Source: Catajapyx aquilonaris
Taxonomy: Eukaryota
Assembly: GCA_000934665.2 (NCBI GenBank)
Contig: KZ538149.1
Location: 62,001-114,925, forward strand
DNA: 52,925 nt
Reading direction: 5' to 3'
Shown: positions 13,901-26,107 of the stretch, piece after piece
Layout of the letters: every line of letters starts with the position of its first letter
Numbering within the stretch: position 1 is the first letter of the stretch
Made by a program: the position numbers and the translations under genes
The notes under the pieces: generated by a model
What the model was told of the DNA's origin: nothing
The model's database searches: none
Seen by the model: only the letters and a program-made list of their open reading frames with translations

Positions 13901-16900
13901 TGGCCCTCTAGTGTAAACAAAACTATACTGTATTTGCCTGCCTGGATTACAAAATGCCGCAGTGAATTTAACCTCAAGATAACTAAGCAGGGATCTGCCG
14001 TAAAGCGGTGTACTTAGTCTTTGTTGCCTTTAGTGTGAAGAGAGGTGGAATATTGAGCGGAACATTCGTATTCTGCATTTTGCATGTTTTTTTCGCTCAT
14101 TCTGATGTGCAATTACTAATGTGTCTTCGCAAGTCAATTTTAATGAAAGTTGTCCAGAAGCTTTCATCTAGTTGTAACATACGGTAAAATGCTTAGGCCT
14201 ACTTTCATACTATTATTTCCAGATTATTTCCGACAAAGCACTGTATCATAAAAGGGCATAATATATGACTGAGTATATAGGATAGGAGGGAGTGGAATTT
14301 TGAAAATGGCTACGTTCCGTCTCTGATCAAGTTACGGGACTGTTATCAAGGAATGAGCAACATTATATAGCATACAGGATTATTGTACTGTACATCGAGA
14401 GGCGAGGTGACTGTCCTAACATAGCAGCAAAATATTTCTACACCAACCAGCACGCACGCACACTTTCCACGGCAGGGAGTTGCCGTGTATTCAACAAATG
14501 TAAAAATGACACACTCCCTCATCACCCATAAAAATGGCCATTTAGGACTTCCGCAATAAATGCAAATCAAGCGTATATGCAACAGGAGGCCGGCGGAGTT
14601 GATCTTGTCTACGGGCTGTTTACATGTGTCCCGAAAGACTCATCACAAAACCATTGAATTAAAGCCCCCAAGTAGAAAGCCGGTAATGCACCAGGCCAAT
14701 CTTGTAATTAATCCTTGTCAAAACTCTCTTAAGATATCAGTAGGCCTATAAGTTCCAGCGGTAACCTTGGACTGTTAAGTAGGACTACCTGCCATTCCCG
14801 CTTTTCATTAAACTGAACATTTGGCTAAAGTTGTAAAATTATAAGCGTCAATTCCATGATATGATTGTGTGGTTAGAATTTTTCTGACTCCTCTTTTTTA
14901 TTTTGTAAGTGGCTGTGTTTATCTCTTATTAATAGTGGTGAGAAACTCCAGTAAAATGGGAAGATAGGGTGTTTTGGTCTTATTGAAATGATGGTATAAT
15001 AACTATAGCTATAGATAGTAATGTCGTGTCCTTTCACCTATGAGGTCACGAGTTTGATCCAAAATCCGACAGAAGATGATCTCCTATGAAAAGAGTTATG
15101 TTCACGCTTCGGTCTTATCGGGGCTCTCCCGTCATCTCCCACTATCCAAAAATCCCTCTTGCTTCTAGCCTTCTCTCTCCATTCTCTATGGTCTTAGATG
15201 TCTAGGCTCCCCCCGCAATAAACCAAGGCAAACCCTACTGAAACAATAGAATTACAACAGCAGCACAATATTCCCCATAAGCGGTAGTCAGCCATAAAAG
15301 GCAAGATAAAAGGAAACACAAAATAGCAATAGAATTACCTCATGGAATATCCTTAAATAGGTTTGAACACACATTTTGAGCTTGAAATTCTCATGAAATC
15401 TTACACCCGTTAGGGAAACACATCGGTATATACAAGTGATGGAACCAGAAAATAAGCTGATCCTGTTACAGAACATCATAACTCACATCACTAATAAGGA
15501 TTCTCAAGTCTTAAGTTGGAACTAAGTACATCTAATATAGGCTGACACTATTAGTTCCTCCACTCGCTCTACATCCACTCCGCGCCCCCAAGCATATATA
15601 CTTAGCTATTTCAGCTACCTCATCTAGCTGATGAGTAGGAAAATCCAACTACTGTAATAAAATATATATAAGCCTTTTAGTCGTTAACTAGTTAGGCCTA
15701 TTTGTATTGGGCTTAAGTTGGCATCAGCAATGTACGGTACGATCTCGTGATGATAATTAATGACGAAGTTGACGTAAAAAGAAAAGGTTGTTGGGTGGTT
15801 TCCTGCTCACACTTGACTTGCGTGACAAAAGTGCTTCCGTATGTCTGGGTTATTAGGATAAATTTTACATCCAAATGAATTGCCCGGTTTTTGTCTTCGC
15901 TAGTCTGTGTCGATAACCGGCATGGACAGGACAATGCCAAGTGCCAACAGCTGTTCAGTGGTAAAATATTAATATTGCCGTAACGTGGAGGATTTGGCAT
16001 GCAGTTCTTGCGTCGCGAGTCGGTGAATTTGGACAAGTCTGAGAAGAAGAGAAGAAGTGCTGGCAATATAGCCGCCTTGTTGTTCATTCTGCGGAGGTCC
16101 GCCCAGCAGGTGTATGAAACAGCGAGTCGCCACACTGACGCTCTTTATCAAACATTCGCTTACGGTTTGTGACGCTATCCTCTGCTATCTTATCCGTTGT
16201 ACCCATGGTGGCATGCATATTTGGACGAAGTTTTAAATATTTACGATCTTTAACATTCTATAAGCGCTCAATTTTTCCACAGTAAATGACGTTTATTAAA
16301 TTTATATTATTCCTCTTGTTAAATCTCACTTTTACATTAACAATTAGTTCATTTTGATTCACCATGTCAGTAGTAATTAATTTTGCCGCATACGCTTAGA
16401 GAAATTAATCGGACAAGGACTCATCAAAGTTTATAATAAAAATCTTCTCTTCTTTTCAGAAATGCTATACGAATAAATAAACTGACCGCCACACAATATG
16501 ATATGACGATTACACGTCGTGTTGTTCCGTCGGGGGGGNGACGACGACAAGCCGGACTAATTCCCGAAAAGTGACAGTTTTAGAACATTTTTTTCCATCA
16601 CTTCGATGATATTCCCAAACGGCTTTTCCGATACACTACACTTTGATCTGTCTGTTCGCTGCGTGATCTCTCTATTCACACCCCGCAACTGTCGGCCTAT
16701 ACTACTTATTTATGTACACACCCAAATGGGACATACACTTTCACTAAAGTCACTCACCTGCCACTAAGGTCAATGCTAGAAGGACGCTGGAAAGTGCCCT
16801 CATCTTCTCGGACGACACCCCACTCACTTCCACTCAACACTGGTCACACCCCCACGATGGCGAAAAGGTCAGGTCATTGGTGCTCAGCTCACTTTAGTCC

Positions 16901-18604
16901 GCTGCGGGTCGTGTATGACCATACAGGCAAGCTGTCTCCACTTTAATCTGCTATGGCGGAAAGACGAAATTAATTTTCCAACCTGCGATCGGAAACGGGT
17001 CTGATCTGTTCGCGGGGGCAGGGGAGGGAGGGGAATGAAAGGAAAGGGTCGGTGGAGATTCCAGAAATGTCGCCAATAATCGTGTCTACTGTGTGCCTTT
17101 TAAAGCGTAAGCCTTCAGTCACTTTGGTAGGAGGCTTTCAAAGGGTATACAACTCGAAAGTCTCTTTCTTCCGGTCTACTTTTTGGTGCTGGTTTCGGGC
17201 CTCTCAGAATGATGTTATTGCCGACAAGCGTGTAAATTTGGAGTGTATACACCGTTGAGGATGTCATATTATGCGAATGAGACGTTACGAAGCGTCGCAG
17301 GTAGAGGCAGACACGATTTGTGATTTAGGAGAAGTTACTTATTCAAGTCCAGGTAACAATCTTTTTGGCCAAATATATGATGAGTTATGGTACTTGAACT
17401 GACAGCAAATCCTATTCGCAGTCATAACCCCAAATTCAAAGCGACTCTGATCGCATAGAGCCGCAGGCAAAAGTGACACGATCCGGCCATCAAACCGCAT
17501 CAAAATATGTCGAGAGTGCTATTGACAGACCAACCGTGTGCCACAAGCCGTCGGAAAAGAGCGTGCAGTGAAGACGTCCGAAAAGTGATGAGAATCTCAG
17601 TGTGTACAACTTACCCCTGGAGACCCGTCAAAACATTCCTCGGTTTAGGAAAGTGCGCGACAACCACGTAAAATTCCGCCGCAGCGGGCTCCTCGCGTGC
17701 TCCCCAACTAAAGCGGCGTCCTACAAGCTCGGCCACGTCACTGCAGGTACCGCAACGCTCGTTATATAGCACGGTAGCCTATAGGATCCCCCGTGAAGTT
17801 TGAAAACCCTGTACCGGCACAGGCTGAGACTACCTCCCCGGAACGGCAGGCACCTCTTTGGCTTGACCTCACCCCCAAACCGAACCGCGCGCCGACAACG
17901 TCACTTGCACAAGGGGATGGAGGGGGAAAGGAAGAGGGAGGAAACAGGCCAGCCTATATAGATAGAGAGTGGGGGAGAGAGCATGCTATACTGCGCATGT
18001 AATGTTCCAGGGAGGGTGGGATAGGGAGGGGGGGGGGGCAAGTTTTACTGTATTCTCCCAGGACCGCCACAAAGCCTTCATTGCGTTTGCAGACCTGGCT
18101 GGATCTTTGCACTAACATCCTTTCTCCCCCCCTGTTCCGTAAGGGGGGTTACAATTTACAATTTGCGCCAAAGTTCTCCAAAAGCCTGCAGTGGTCTCAG
18201 CAAAAGGATCGGGGAGAAGTTTTATATTGTAGGCTGGTCGCAGGTGTTGAATTTTAAAGCGGGGAGGGCTTCCACCAGCCACCGCCTATCCCCTCCCCAT
18301 TTCCTCCCGGCCTTCTCTTCTGGCCTGCTGCAGTTCAGGGGCAGATCAATTTTATACCAATTAGGGCACGTTTTAGGGCAAAAGTTGGAGCAGTTGTTAT
18401 GAGAAATTTTCTATGCCGGGCCTGCATTGTTTCGTGCCGGCACTTTTGTTCCAGTTCAATACCTGAGCCGGGTTATTGAGGACTCGCGTAGAACTATATG
18501 TCGTTTCGGGGAGACCAGCACCTGCACTCGGTAATAATTTGCCAAAAAAAATTACCAACCTCGTGACATGCATTCGCCGTTGATTACTGCTGTAATATTG
18601 CATG

Positions 18605-18815
18605 TCGGCAGCGCGGTGTGGCCTGTAGGGGTTAAAATCCCTGGCCTCTCACGTCTGCTGTCCCGAGTTCGATCCACATATCAAGCACAGGATTTTCCAT
18701 GCGGAAAGGTTGGGATGACCGTGTTTTTTTTTTGTTTTTTGCTGAAATGATGGTGGGAATATTTTCAGTTTTTCCTACTAATCCGATTTCATCATCATTA
18801 TTAATATTTCAATAA
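18605..18815 (+). mobile_element. Degenerate tRNA-derived SINE
   Basis: GTGGCCTGTAGG A-box-like and GAGTTCGATCC B-box, followed by a SINE-like body ending in CATCATCAT/AATAAA; no TSD resolved. Confidence 0.45.
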
Positions 18816-20751
18816 AGCTCGTGGGTAGGCCTGAAGCATTGTCACCTGAAATTGTAAACTAATAACTGTCAAATAAAAGATATCCATAGAATCAATGTCA
18901 GGACAAAATGAATTACTGGGCATTTGCGTACGTACAATATCACACGTGGTAAATATACGGTCGATGTAAAATGTAAATGAAATAAATTAAACGGGAACCC
19001 GACATCATTATAGCTCATGAAAATTTCACGTCATTCCGGCATGCTGCTAATGAATGTGTTTTAATGGTCCCAATTACAAATTAATTGTCACGTGTATAAT
19101 TATAGGGTCACCACTTTGAATCCCCTGGTAAGGATATCTCAATTGAATTCAGGGCTAATTAGCATTAAAGCGGATGGCTTTGCTTTTCATTAATTTCGAC
19201 TCAACTGCAGGATTGAGAAACAATACAATGACATATGCAACTAATGTTAGCAGTAGAGGCGGTGTTTTAAGAGGTCCGTAGGAACCAGTAAAATGGGTCT
19301 CGTATCAAGGAGCCTATTTAACAATCACATTCATACTGACAATTAGTGCCGCGACACTGTTAACGCAGAGGGACAGTAACTTGTCCTGAAACATCTGTCC
19401 TTTCCCAGGGATATTAAGACATTACTAGGATTAATTTTGTAGAATAAAGGGGCTATTTTTACTCTTCCGGAACAGATGACGATGGGATTCAAATGCTCTC
19501 GAGTATAATTTCATTTTGGCAAAACTGAAAGTGGGTATTAATTTATTAATTGTCCCTAACGGTGAATTTAATAGGGCTACAACTGCAAAACATTCCATGA
19601 ACTTTTATGAGTTTGTGAGGTAACGTGACACAAATAGCCTCTCGCATTACTCTTGCAAGCTTTTTCGCACTACATTTTCGCCATGAACACAACCTGTACC
19701 AAGCTTGCTACCATGCATATACCCGACACATATAAGTAATTTTTCTTCTGAGACACTTCAGAGTCGGCACAAAAAACTTCTCTCCGAGTATGATTCTACC
19801 AACGGCCTATAGAGCTACTATAGTAACTACCGTTGCCATAAGAACTGGAAACTCTCTGCCCCCTGGAGAGTTCCAGTAAATTTTCCTACCTTTGGTACAC
19901 ATGTATGGCTTCCATGCAATCCGGCGTGTTTTGACACCTGTGAAACTTCTCCAGTTGTCGCGTGCAGGCTTCCTTTTGGCAAAACTGCACCGCAGCACAG
20001 CAGGCGTACTGTACGGGGGTTATTGTCCCCTCGATGCAGACTTTTCCACCACCCCTACCCAACTAAACTCGAACAACAAAGGAAACGCAAACAGGGAAAA
20101 CCGGCCGCTCGGACTCCCTAGTTCCGTCCGATGAGTCGGGATAATTCTATCCACAGGTGACCTCCCTCAAGCTCCCAAATGGAACTTCCATCTCGCATTC
20201 GAAAAGACGCATTTGAATAATAAATGACTCATGGCCGGACATTTCTCGACCTAATCACACTAGCCTCGGTGCTATGGAGTAGAAAACAAAACAGCGGTAC
20301 GCAGCGGTATAATCCTATTGCAGGTCGAGCACTAGGCCAAAGTGGACCTCATTTCTATATAGTTTGTGGCAACTGCCTATAGCCTACTGTATCCGAAACC
20401 TCTTGAAAAGGAGCTCGTCACCTAGGGGGGTACAGTACAACAAGCACCAGTTGCCGTCAGTGCATCAGATATTCGCTTTTAACATAAAACGAGCTGTCTA
20501 GCAAATCTGATGCGGAACAACTAGAGACACGGCTGGTGGTGTCACAGATGTGATGCTCTTTTCCAGTTGCGCAAAACTCTCGCTTGCATTTTGATCGTGT
20601 CAGCTTGTTCATGTAAGAGTAGGTTTAGTGCCATGCGAGCCATCAAAATGCAGGGTGTTCCGCTTGAAAGAATGATTCAGATGCCCTTTCGGTTCTCTGA
20701 ATTTTATCGGGTCTATTTACTTCTTCATAGTTGCACCAAGTAACATACAGA

Positions 20752-20881
20752 TGCCCGATTGAACCAACGAAATTACCGATTCGATAGACTCTCCTAACAG
20801 ATCGTTAGCACACGTTGAAAGGGCTCCTAAAGATCCTTTAGGAGCTATCGGATAGATAATTTCAATTGGTGCAATCGGGCA
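20752..20881. mobile_element. Small Harbinger-like MITE (130 bp)
   Basis: TIRs TGCCCGATTGAACCAA / TTGGTGCAATCGGGCA; internal hairpin GCTCCTAAAG-ATC-CTTTAGGAGC. Confidence 0.55.
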
Positions 20882-21249
20882 AGAGTGATTCAATATGATG
20901 CAGGCATATTCCTCGGCACCAGATGATTACTACTTGTATTATGCAAGGGTGTCATTTTGATTTCCGTAACTGCGTTACTAAGATAATTTTTCATTTATTC
21001 ATTCATTTCACTCACGGCATATTCCCATCAAGATGGGGTTACCAGCGATTACCAGGTACAATCCACCTGGCCATCTTGTACGACCAGTATAATGAATCCT
21101 CTGGCGACTGGTCACGCCACGAAAAGGATATAATGGATAGGATGTTGATGAAAAGGATCACATGAATACATACAGACACACAAACACTCACACAATGTAT
21201 ACACATATAAACATACAAAAATTCATATAAAAACTATGCAAAAACAATG

Positions 21250-21412
21250 TAAACTGTCCAGCACGAAATGGTGTGTTCGACGGGCGATGTAAACACCAGT
21301 TACCAAGGCAGACGACAAAAGTGCTAGTTGACGATCGTCTCCAGTGCGATGGTGTTGACGCCAGGATGTAAATAGTCAGGAACCGACCAGACTTGCGGAC
21401 ACCCTCAGGGAC

Positions 21413-21467
<55 letters not shown>
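21250..21467 (+). repeat. (TGA)n microsatellite, about 18 units (21413-21467), possibly the tail of a 5'-truncated RTE-type LINE
   Basis: The trinucleotide run is perfect and directly seen; the LINE origin is inferred from the GC-richer ~160 bp just upstream. Confidence 0.6.
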
Positions 21468-21558
21468 ATCAAATAATTAATTAAGACTGCCAGAAAAATT
21501 ATTTAAAATACATGAAACCCAGCGGATACAACTTACACTCCTGCGACTGCCTGATATA

Positions 21559-21904
21559 TTTTTATTTATTTATTTATTTAGTTTACCCCGTGATGACCCT
21601 TACGGGTGCTATAGGGGGGTGGCATACCACCATCAGTTTTCTGTATATATTTTCTGCTTCATTCACCGGTGCAAGGAAACAGGGACAATGGGAAAGGATA
21701 TGGATTTTTGGGGAGGGAACATGGGTGCAAGGTGCAATGTCGTAGCTAAATGGGTCCTGTGCTGTTCCCCAGGAGGTTAGGTTGCCAGACACCTCCTTGG
21801 TGCAGGTCAGAGACCCTCCTGACGCAGGTGAAAGGAAAGTTCCCCAGGCGGGGATCGAACTTGGCAAGCCGAGACGTTACCATCTCGGCCATCTGCACCT
21901 CCCC
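21559..21904 (-). mobile_element. tRNA-derived SINE (head type C, tail type A)
   Basis: Minus strand: GATGGCCGAGATGG A-box, GTTCGATCCC B-box, tail CCCCTATAGCACCCGTAAGGGTCATCACGGGGTAAAC(TAAA)n; TSD ACTGCCTGATATA (21546-21558, 21905-21917). Confidence 0.85.
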
Positions 21905-22659
21905 ACTGCCTGATATACCTATTGATAATATTATACCAGTGTATATTTACATTGCATATATGGTAAGAGCTCTAATTTAAATAAAAGGCAAAGAAAGGAC
22001 CTTTCTAGGTATCATTTTCTAAAACACATGAAAACACGAAAATGACAGGTCTAATTTTTATTCATGGATTTAGGTCTTATACTAACCTAGATAATAACTG
22101 CTTAGACAATATGAGAAAATTTGACCAATATTGTGTATGGAAAATATCGTGAAATACCCTGCATGTTTGTGTTTGTGATGATTCCAGGATTACAAAAGCA
22201 TATAAGCTAGAGGAGAAGTTAACTAACTTATTATAAAAGGAAATCTCAAATAACATCATTTTGTTATGCTATAGAACAATGTCATAATTGAGTGGCTGAG
22301 AAGCAGAGTGGTTCATGTCAAAATTCAGCAATTTTGAGTTGTCGCTTGCATGGCATTCCCCATGCCCAACTCTGTTTTGTAACTTGGCCTGAAGACGTTT
22401 GTAATATTTGCTATCAAATTATTAAGTTAATGTGACTTACTTTTACCATGGCTGCAAAGGCAAGCCTAGAACTTCGCATGCGTTTATCTCAAAACTATCT
22501 TTTTCGACATGAACCACTCTGCTTCTCACCCACTCAATTATGCACATGTCCTTTTACTCAGGAATGTTAAAGTACATGTCACTTCAGTTTTTATTCATAA
22601 ATACAGTGGATCCTATAGACAACTACTACTCCAAGACAATGGTGCACTGGAAGAAGGAC

Positions 22660-22835
22660 AGAAGTGGAAGGAAGAGGCTGTGGCTATACTCGGAACTTGG
22701 AACATTGGAATTGTCTTAATAGCGACATCTGAAAACCACGGAAAACTATGGTCAGGATGGTTTGCATTGGAGATCGAACCGGGGACCTCCAGAACTGCAA
22801 CCTCAACGCCTATAACTACTAGGCTACATACAGAC
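22660..22835 (-). mobile_element. Degenerate tRNA-derived SINE of the same family as 38142-38433
   Basis: Minus strand: GGAGGTCCCCGGTTCGATC B-box, CCTGACCATAGTTTTCCGTGGTTTTC and GCCTCTTCCTTCC body motifs shared with the 38142 copy. Confidence 0.65.
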
Positions 22836-23762
22836 CGCACCCTAATGCCACTTTTATCATTATATTGCCATAATTTATAGTCAAGCGTGTATCCGCGTTC
22901 TATTGGTAAGATATTATTCTATAGCAGGTTTATCCCGTAGCTCTTGTGTAATAATGAAGCGGTATGTCACCTTTATCTGAAGCCCAATTGTTTGGGAGGT
23001 ATAGAATGTTGGATCGAGAGAACGAGGGGCCGGGAAAAGGCAGTGGTGTGGCGTATCACTCACACTGTATTCTCTCTAGGGTATATGGCGTTGCTGGGTT
23101 ATGTCGGAGATTCATGTTAGGTTGCGCTGATTTTTTTTTACATTACAGAGAAGCCTTCTCTCGGCATTCGATCGACACCGCAAATTTTTGCGCACTAAAA
23201 AAGTATATCCCGAGTGCAACAGTTTCCTCCAAAAGTAGGGTCTTCTTCAATCCCATCAAGTGTATGGCCCACAAATATCCGAACTTTCATTTTGTCCTAA
23301 GCGATCCCCGAGGCAAGAAACTAAGTCAATCGACCCTGGTCTCATCACTTAAAGTGTACAGTAACAGGCTGTACTATAAGCTGGGAATCAATCGCAGCTG
23401 TCCGAGAAGTAGGGAAGGTGCAATTTGTTCGTCGGCTAGCATGAAGGGTCAAATAAGCAATATACTGGTATAGATACCTAACACGCTCTTATACATGGCG
23501 CTGAATCAAGGTCTGTGCTGTAGCTGTTATAATTTTGGCAAATAATACTGTATATGGAAATAATATTATTTTTCAATAATTATATTTACTTACATATCAT
23601 TCGCAAAAATTACGTATGCAAGAAGTATTGTTTTCAGTAGGCCTATATATCTACAGGATACTCCAAATTCATAACACCACTAATCTGCTTGTTATGGGGC
23701 AATATTACCATCAAGCCGTTCTTTGTATGGGCTATCAAATAAGGTTGAACTGATGTACGTGT

Positions 23763-24173
23763 ACAGTACCGTGAAAGAATGGTCATAAATCATGGTACTA
23801 CTCTATATGGACGAAATGTTTATCCTGTTCTCAACCCCTACCCTCGCCAGCGTGTTTTTAAGGGTCATGAGGAAGTCCGGGAAAAGGGAATCAAAATAAA
23901 ATTTAAAAAGAGAAGAAGAAGAAGAAACAAAGCAAAGTAGGAAAATTTTAGGGAGGAAATTCACATCAAATCTACGTAATCATTGCACCTGGTTGAACAT
24001 TTTGGTAATTAATATTTTTATTTAAAAATCGGGATGGGTCATACGAGTCACCAGAGGTCCAGAAAAGGTTGTCCGTATAGGGTTTCGTCGAAATAAGGTG
24101 GGGAATAATGCTGGATAATCAGGACAAAAAAAAAATCCATAGAGTCGTACCATTCTTTATGAACGAGACTGAG
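23763..24173. mobile_element. Degenerate Tc1/mariner-type MITE
   Basis: Imperfect TIRs (CAGT..CGT..AAAGAATGGT..ACTCTAT..GGA) at both ends, bounded by TA. Confidence 0.45.
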
Positions 24174-24987
24174 TACACTACATATTCGTTCTTCAGGCCA
24201 TGAACAATGAATTTCCGAGTTTAAGGGGCACTACAGTCAAAATCAAGGGTTTTGTAAAAAAAAAATCGCCAAAAAACCATTAGAGTTGGGGGACTTCATT
24301 TTCATGAATGTACATAAGTCAAAGACCTATTAGCGCCTATAATCAAATCACGTTCGCGTGTCGAAGGGCCTCAAGGACCGCGTGACGTCATGCCACTGTA
24401 ACCGCGATTTAGGGCGCTGGGGGCCTGGGGTCATAGGGGAAATACTTCATACTTCTAGAGGGCGCGCCCTGTACATTCGGGCTATTCTCATTGGGCACCA
24501 TCGGGCGGCCATGTTGGACGGGTCAACTCTCTCCCTTTAACTATGAAACAGATATGGGAAACCCCCATTTTTTCCACGTGAAAATATAGATATGCGAGTG
24601 AATGCAATAGTAATACGTCATGTATAATACAGTTGCGTTTCCCTCAAATATAGTAAAGCCATTAATGCCTTTTGCTGACATTTTCACTGCTCACAGCCTC
24701 CAAGAAATGATCCGAGAAACTAGAAAGAAAATTTTGCACATAAACACCTCATTTATTCTGTGCAATTAGCACAAAAATTTTATTTGTACCACAAATTAAT
24801 AGTATGATAATATAAATCAATAGCACACAGTCAGTACAATATTAAAATGACACTTTCAAGTACATTAAGCTCGATTTATTCCTGTTGACAAAAAAACTGC
24901 TCTTTATTGCATAGTGAAAACTGCACCAGGATAATGGGAAGTATGTACATTGTACAGTGTATTTACAGGTTCCTTTTCCACTTACTG

Positions 24988-25319
24988 TTACTGATTATAA
25001 AAATGAACAAGTTTGGTCAGAGTAGGCCGCACATTTGGGCCAGTTCCATTCGAGTTTTGTGTATTAATGGAGTGATGCAATCTAATTTTCCCGTACAAAT
25101 CTGTAATGGCAACAATTAGTTTCACGATGTGATTTTTTTCTGGCTTCATGTCGTACATGTGGTCATGCAGAGTCAGAAAGAGTGGCTTTGAGATTAAACA
25201 GTCTATTGTTGAAATGCAAATCTGCTTCAGCAAATTTTTTTCTGATGGAATTGGAGTACCCGACATAGCCAATGCTGCTCTAAATGCAGTTTCTGTAGCT
25301 TTGCAAATGGTAATTACAT
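24988..25319 (-). pseudogene. Inverted duplicate of the last ~110 codons of the P transposase
   Basis: ORF 24988-25272(-) differs from 25823-26107(+) by one residue (S/L). Confidence 0.85.
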
Positions 25320-25329
25320 TACATTACAA

Positions 25330-26107
25330 ATGAGGTCGAAAGGCGGATGGAACAATAACCCAACAGCGGTGCAGTTCAAATCAGCGTGGAAGAAGTACAT
25401 CATTCATTTAGATATGCCCCTCACAGCAAGTCCCAATGAAAATGTATGTGAGGCAATCCTTGTGGACGAGCTAGAGCATAATCTTGTAGCGCAAAGCATG
25501 TCAAACACTGCACCTGATCCATTGTTCTTTGAAAATGATGCAGTTGTAGATGACAATTTTCCAGAATTGATTCCATGTCTGTCTGATTATGCATGTAATA
25601 TTGTGGAATACATTGCTGCTGGATTTGTGGTTCGGAGTTTACAGAAGAAAATTCTGTGCTTTGAATGTAAGATTTCGCTCTTCGGTAACAAGAAGTCGGA
25701 CAGAAGTACGCTGGTATCATTAAAGATCGAGGCAGACCAGGTACAAGCAGTGGACCCTTATTCAACCGTCACATGATGTAATTACCATTTGCAAAGCTAC
25801 AGAAACTGCATTTAGAGCAGCATTGGCTATGTCGGGTACTCCAATTCCATCAGAAAAAAATTTGCTGAAACAGATTTGCATTTCAACAATAGACTGTTTA
25901 ATCTCAAAGCCACTCTTTCTGACTCTGCATGACCACATGTACGACATGAAGCCAGAAAAAAATCACATCGTGAAACTAATTGTTGCCATTACAGATTTGT
26001 ACGGGAAAATTAGATTGCATCACTCCATTAATACACAAAACTTGAATGGAACTGGCCCAAATGTGCGGCCTACTCTGACCAAACTTGTTCATTTTTATAA
26101 TCAGTAA
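25330..26107 (+). pseudogene. C-terminal fragment of a P-element/THAP9-type transposase, frameshifted
   Basis: RSKGGWNNNPTAVQFKSAWKK (the motif following the catalytic E in P/THAP9), YIAAGFVVRSL..KILCFEC, then after frameshifts KDRG and LIQPSHDVITICKATE, ending LYGKIRLHH...RPTLTKLVHFYNQ*. Confidence 0.85.

Noticed and set aside
15628..15650. Hammerhead core CTGATGAG (also CTGACGA at ~29127)
   Set aside because: No stem II followed by GAAA or closing helices.
21188..21472. Poly-Ser ORF
   Set aside because: Translation of the (TGA)n microsatellite.
22964..23473. 169-aa ORF (also 12289-12753, 15713-16135, 11027-11678)
   Set aside because: No recognisable domain, coding bias or exon structure; lengths are compatible with chance.
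25330..26107. Domesticated host THAP9 gene
   Set aside because: Frameshifted, lacks the THAP and catalytic N-terminal parts, and lies inside TIRs with a TSD.
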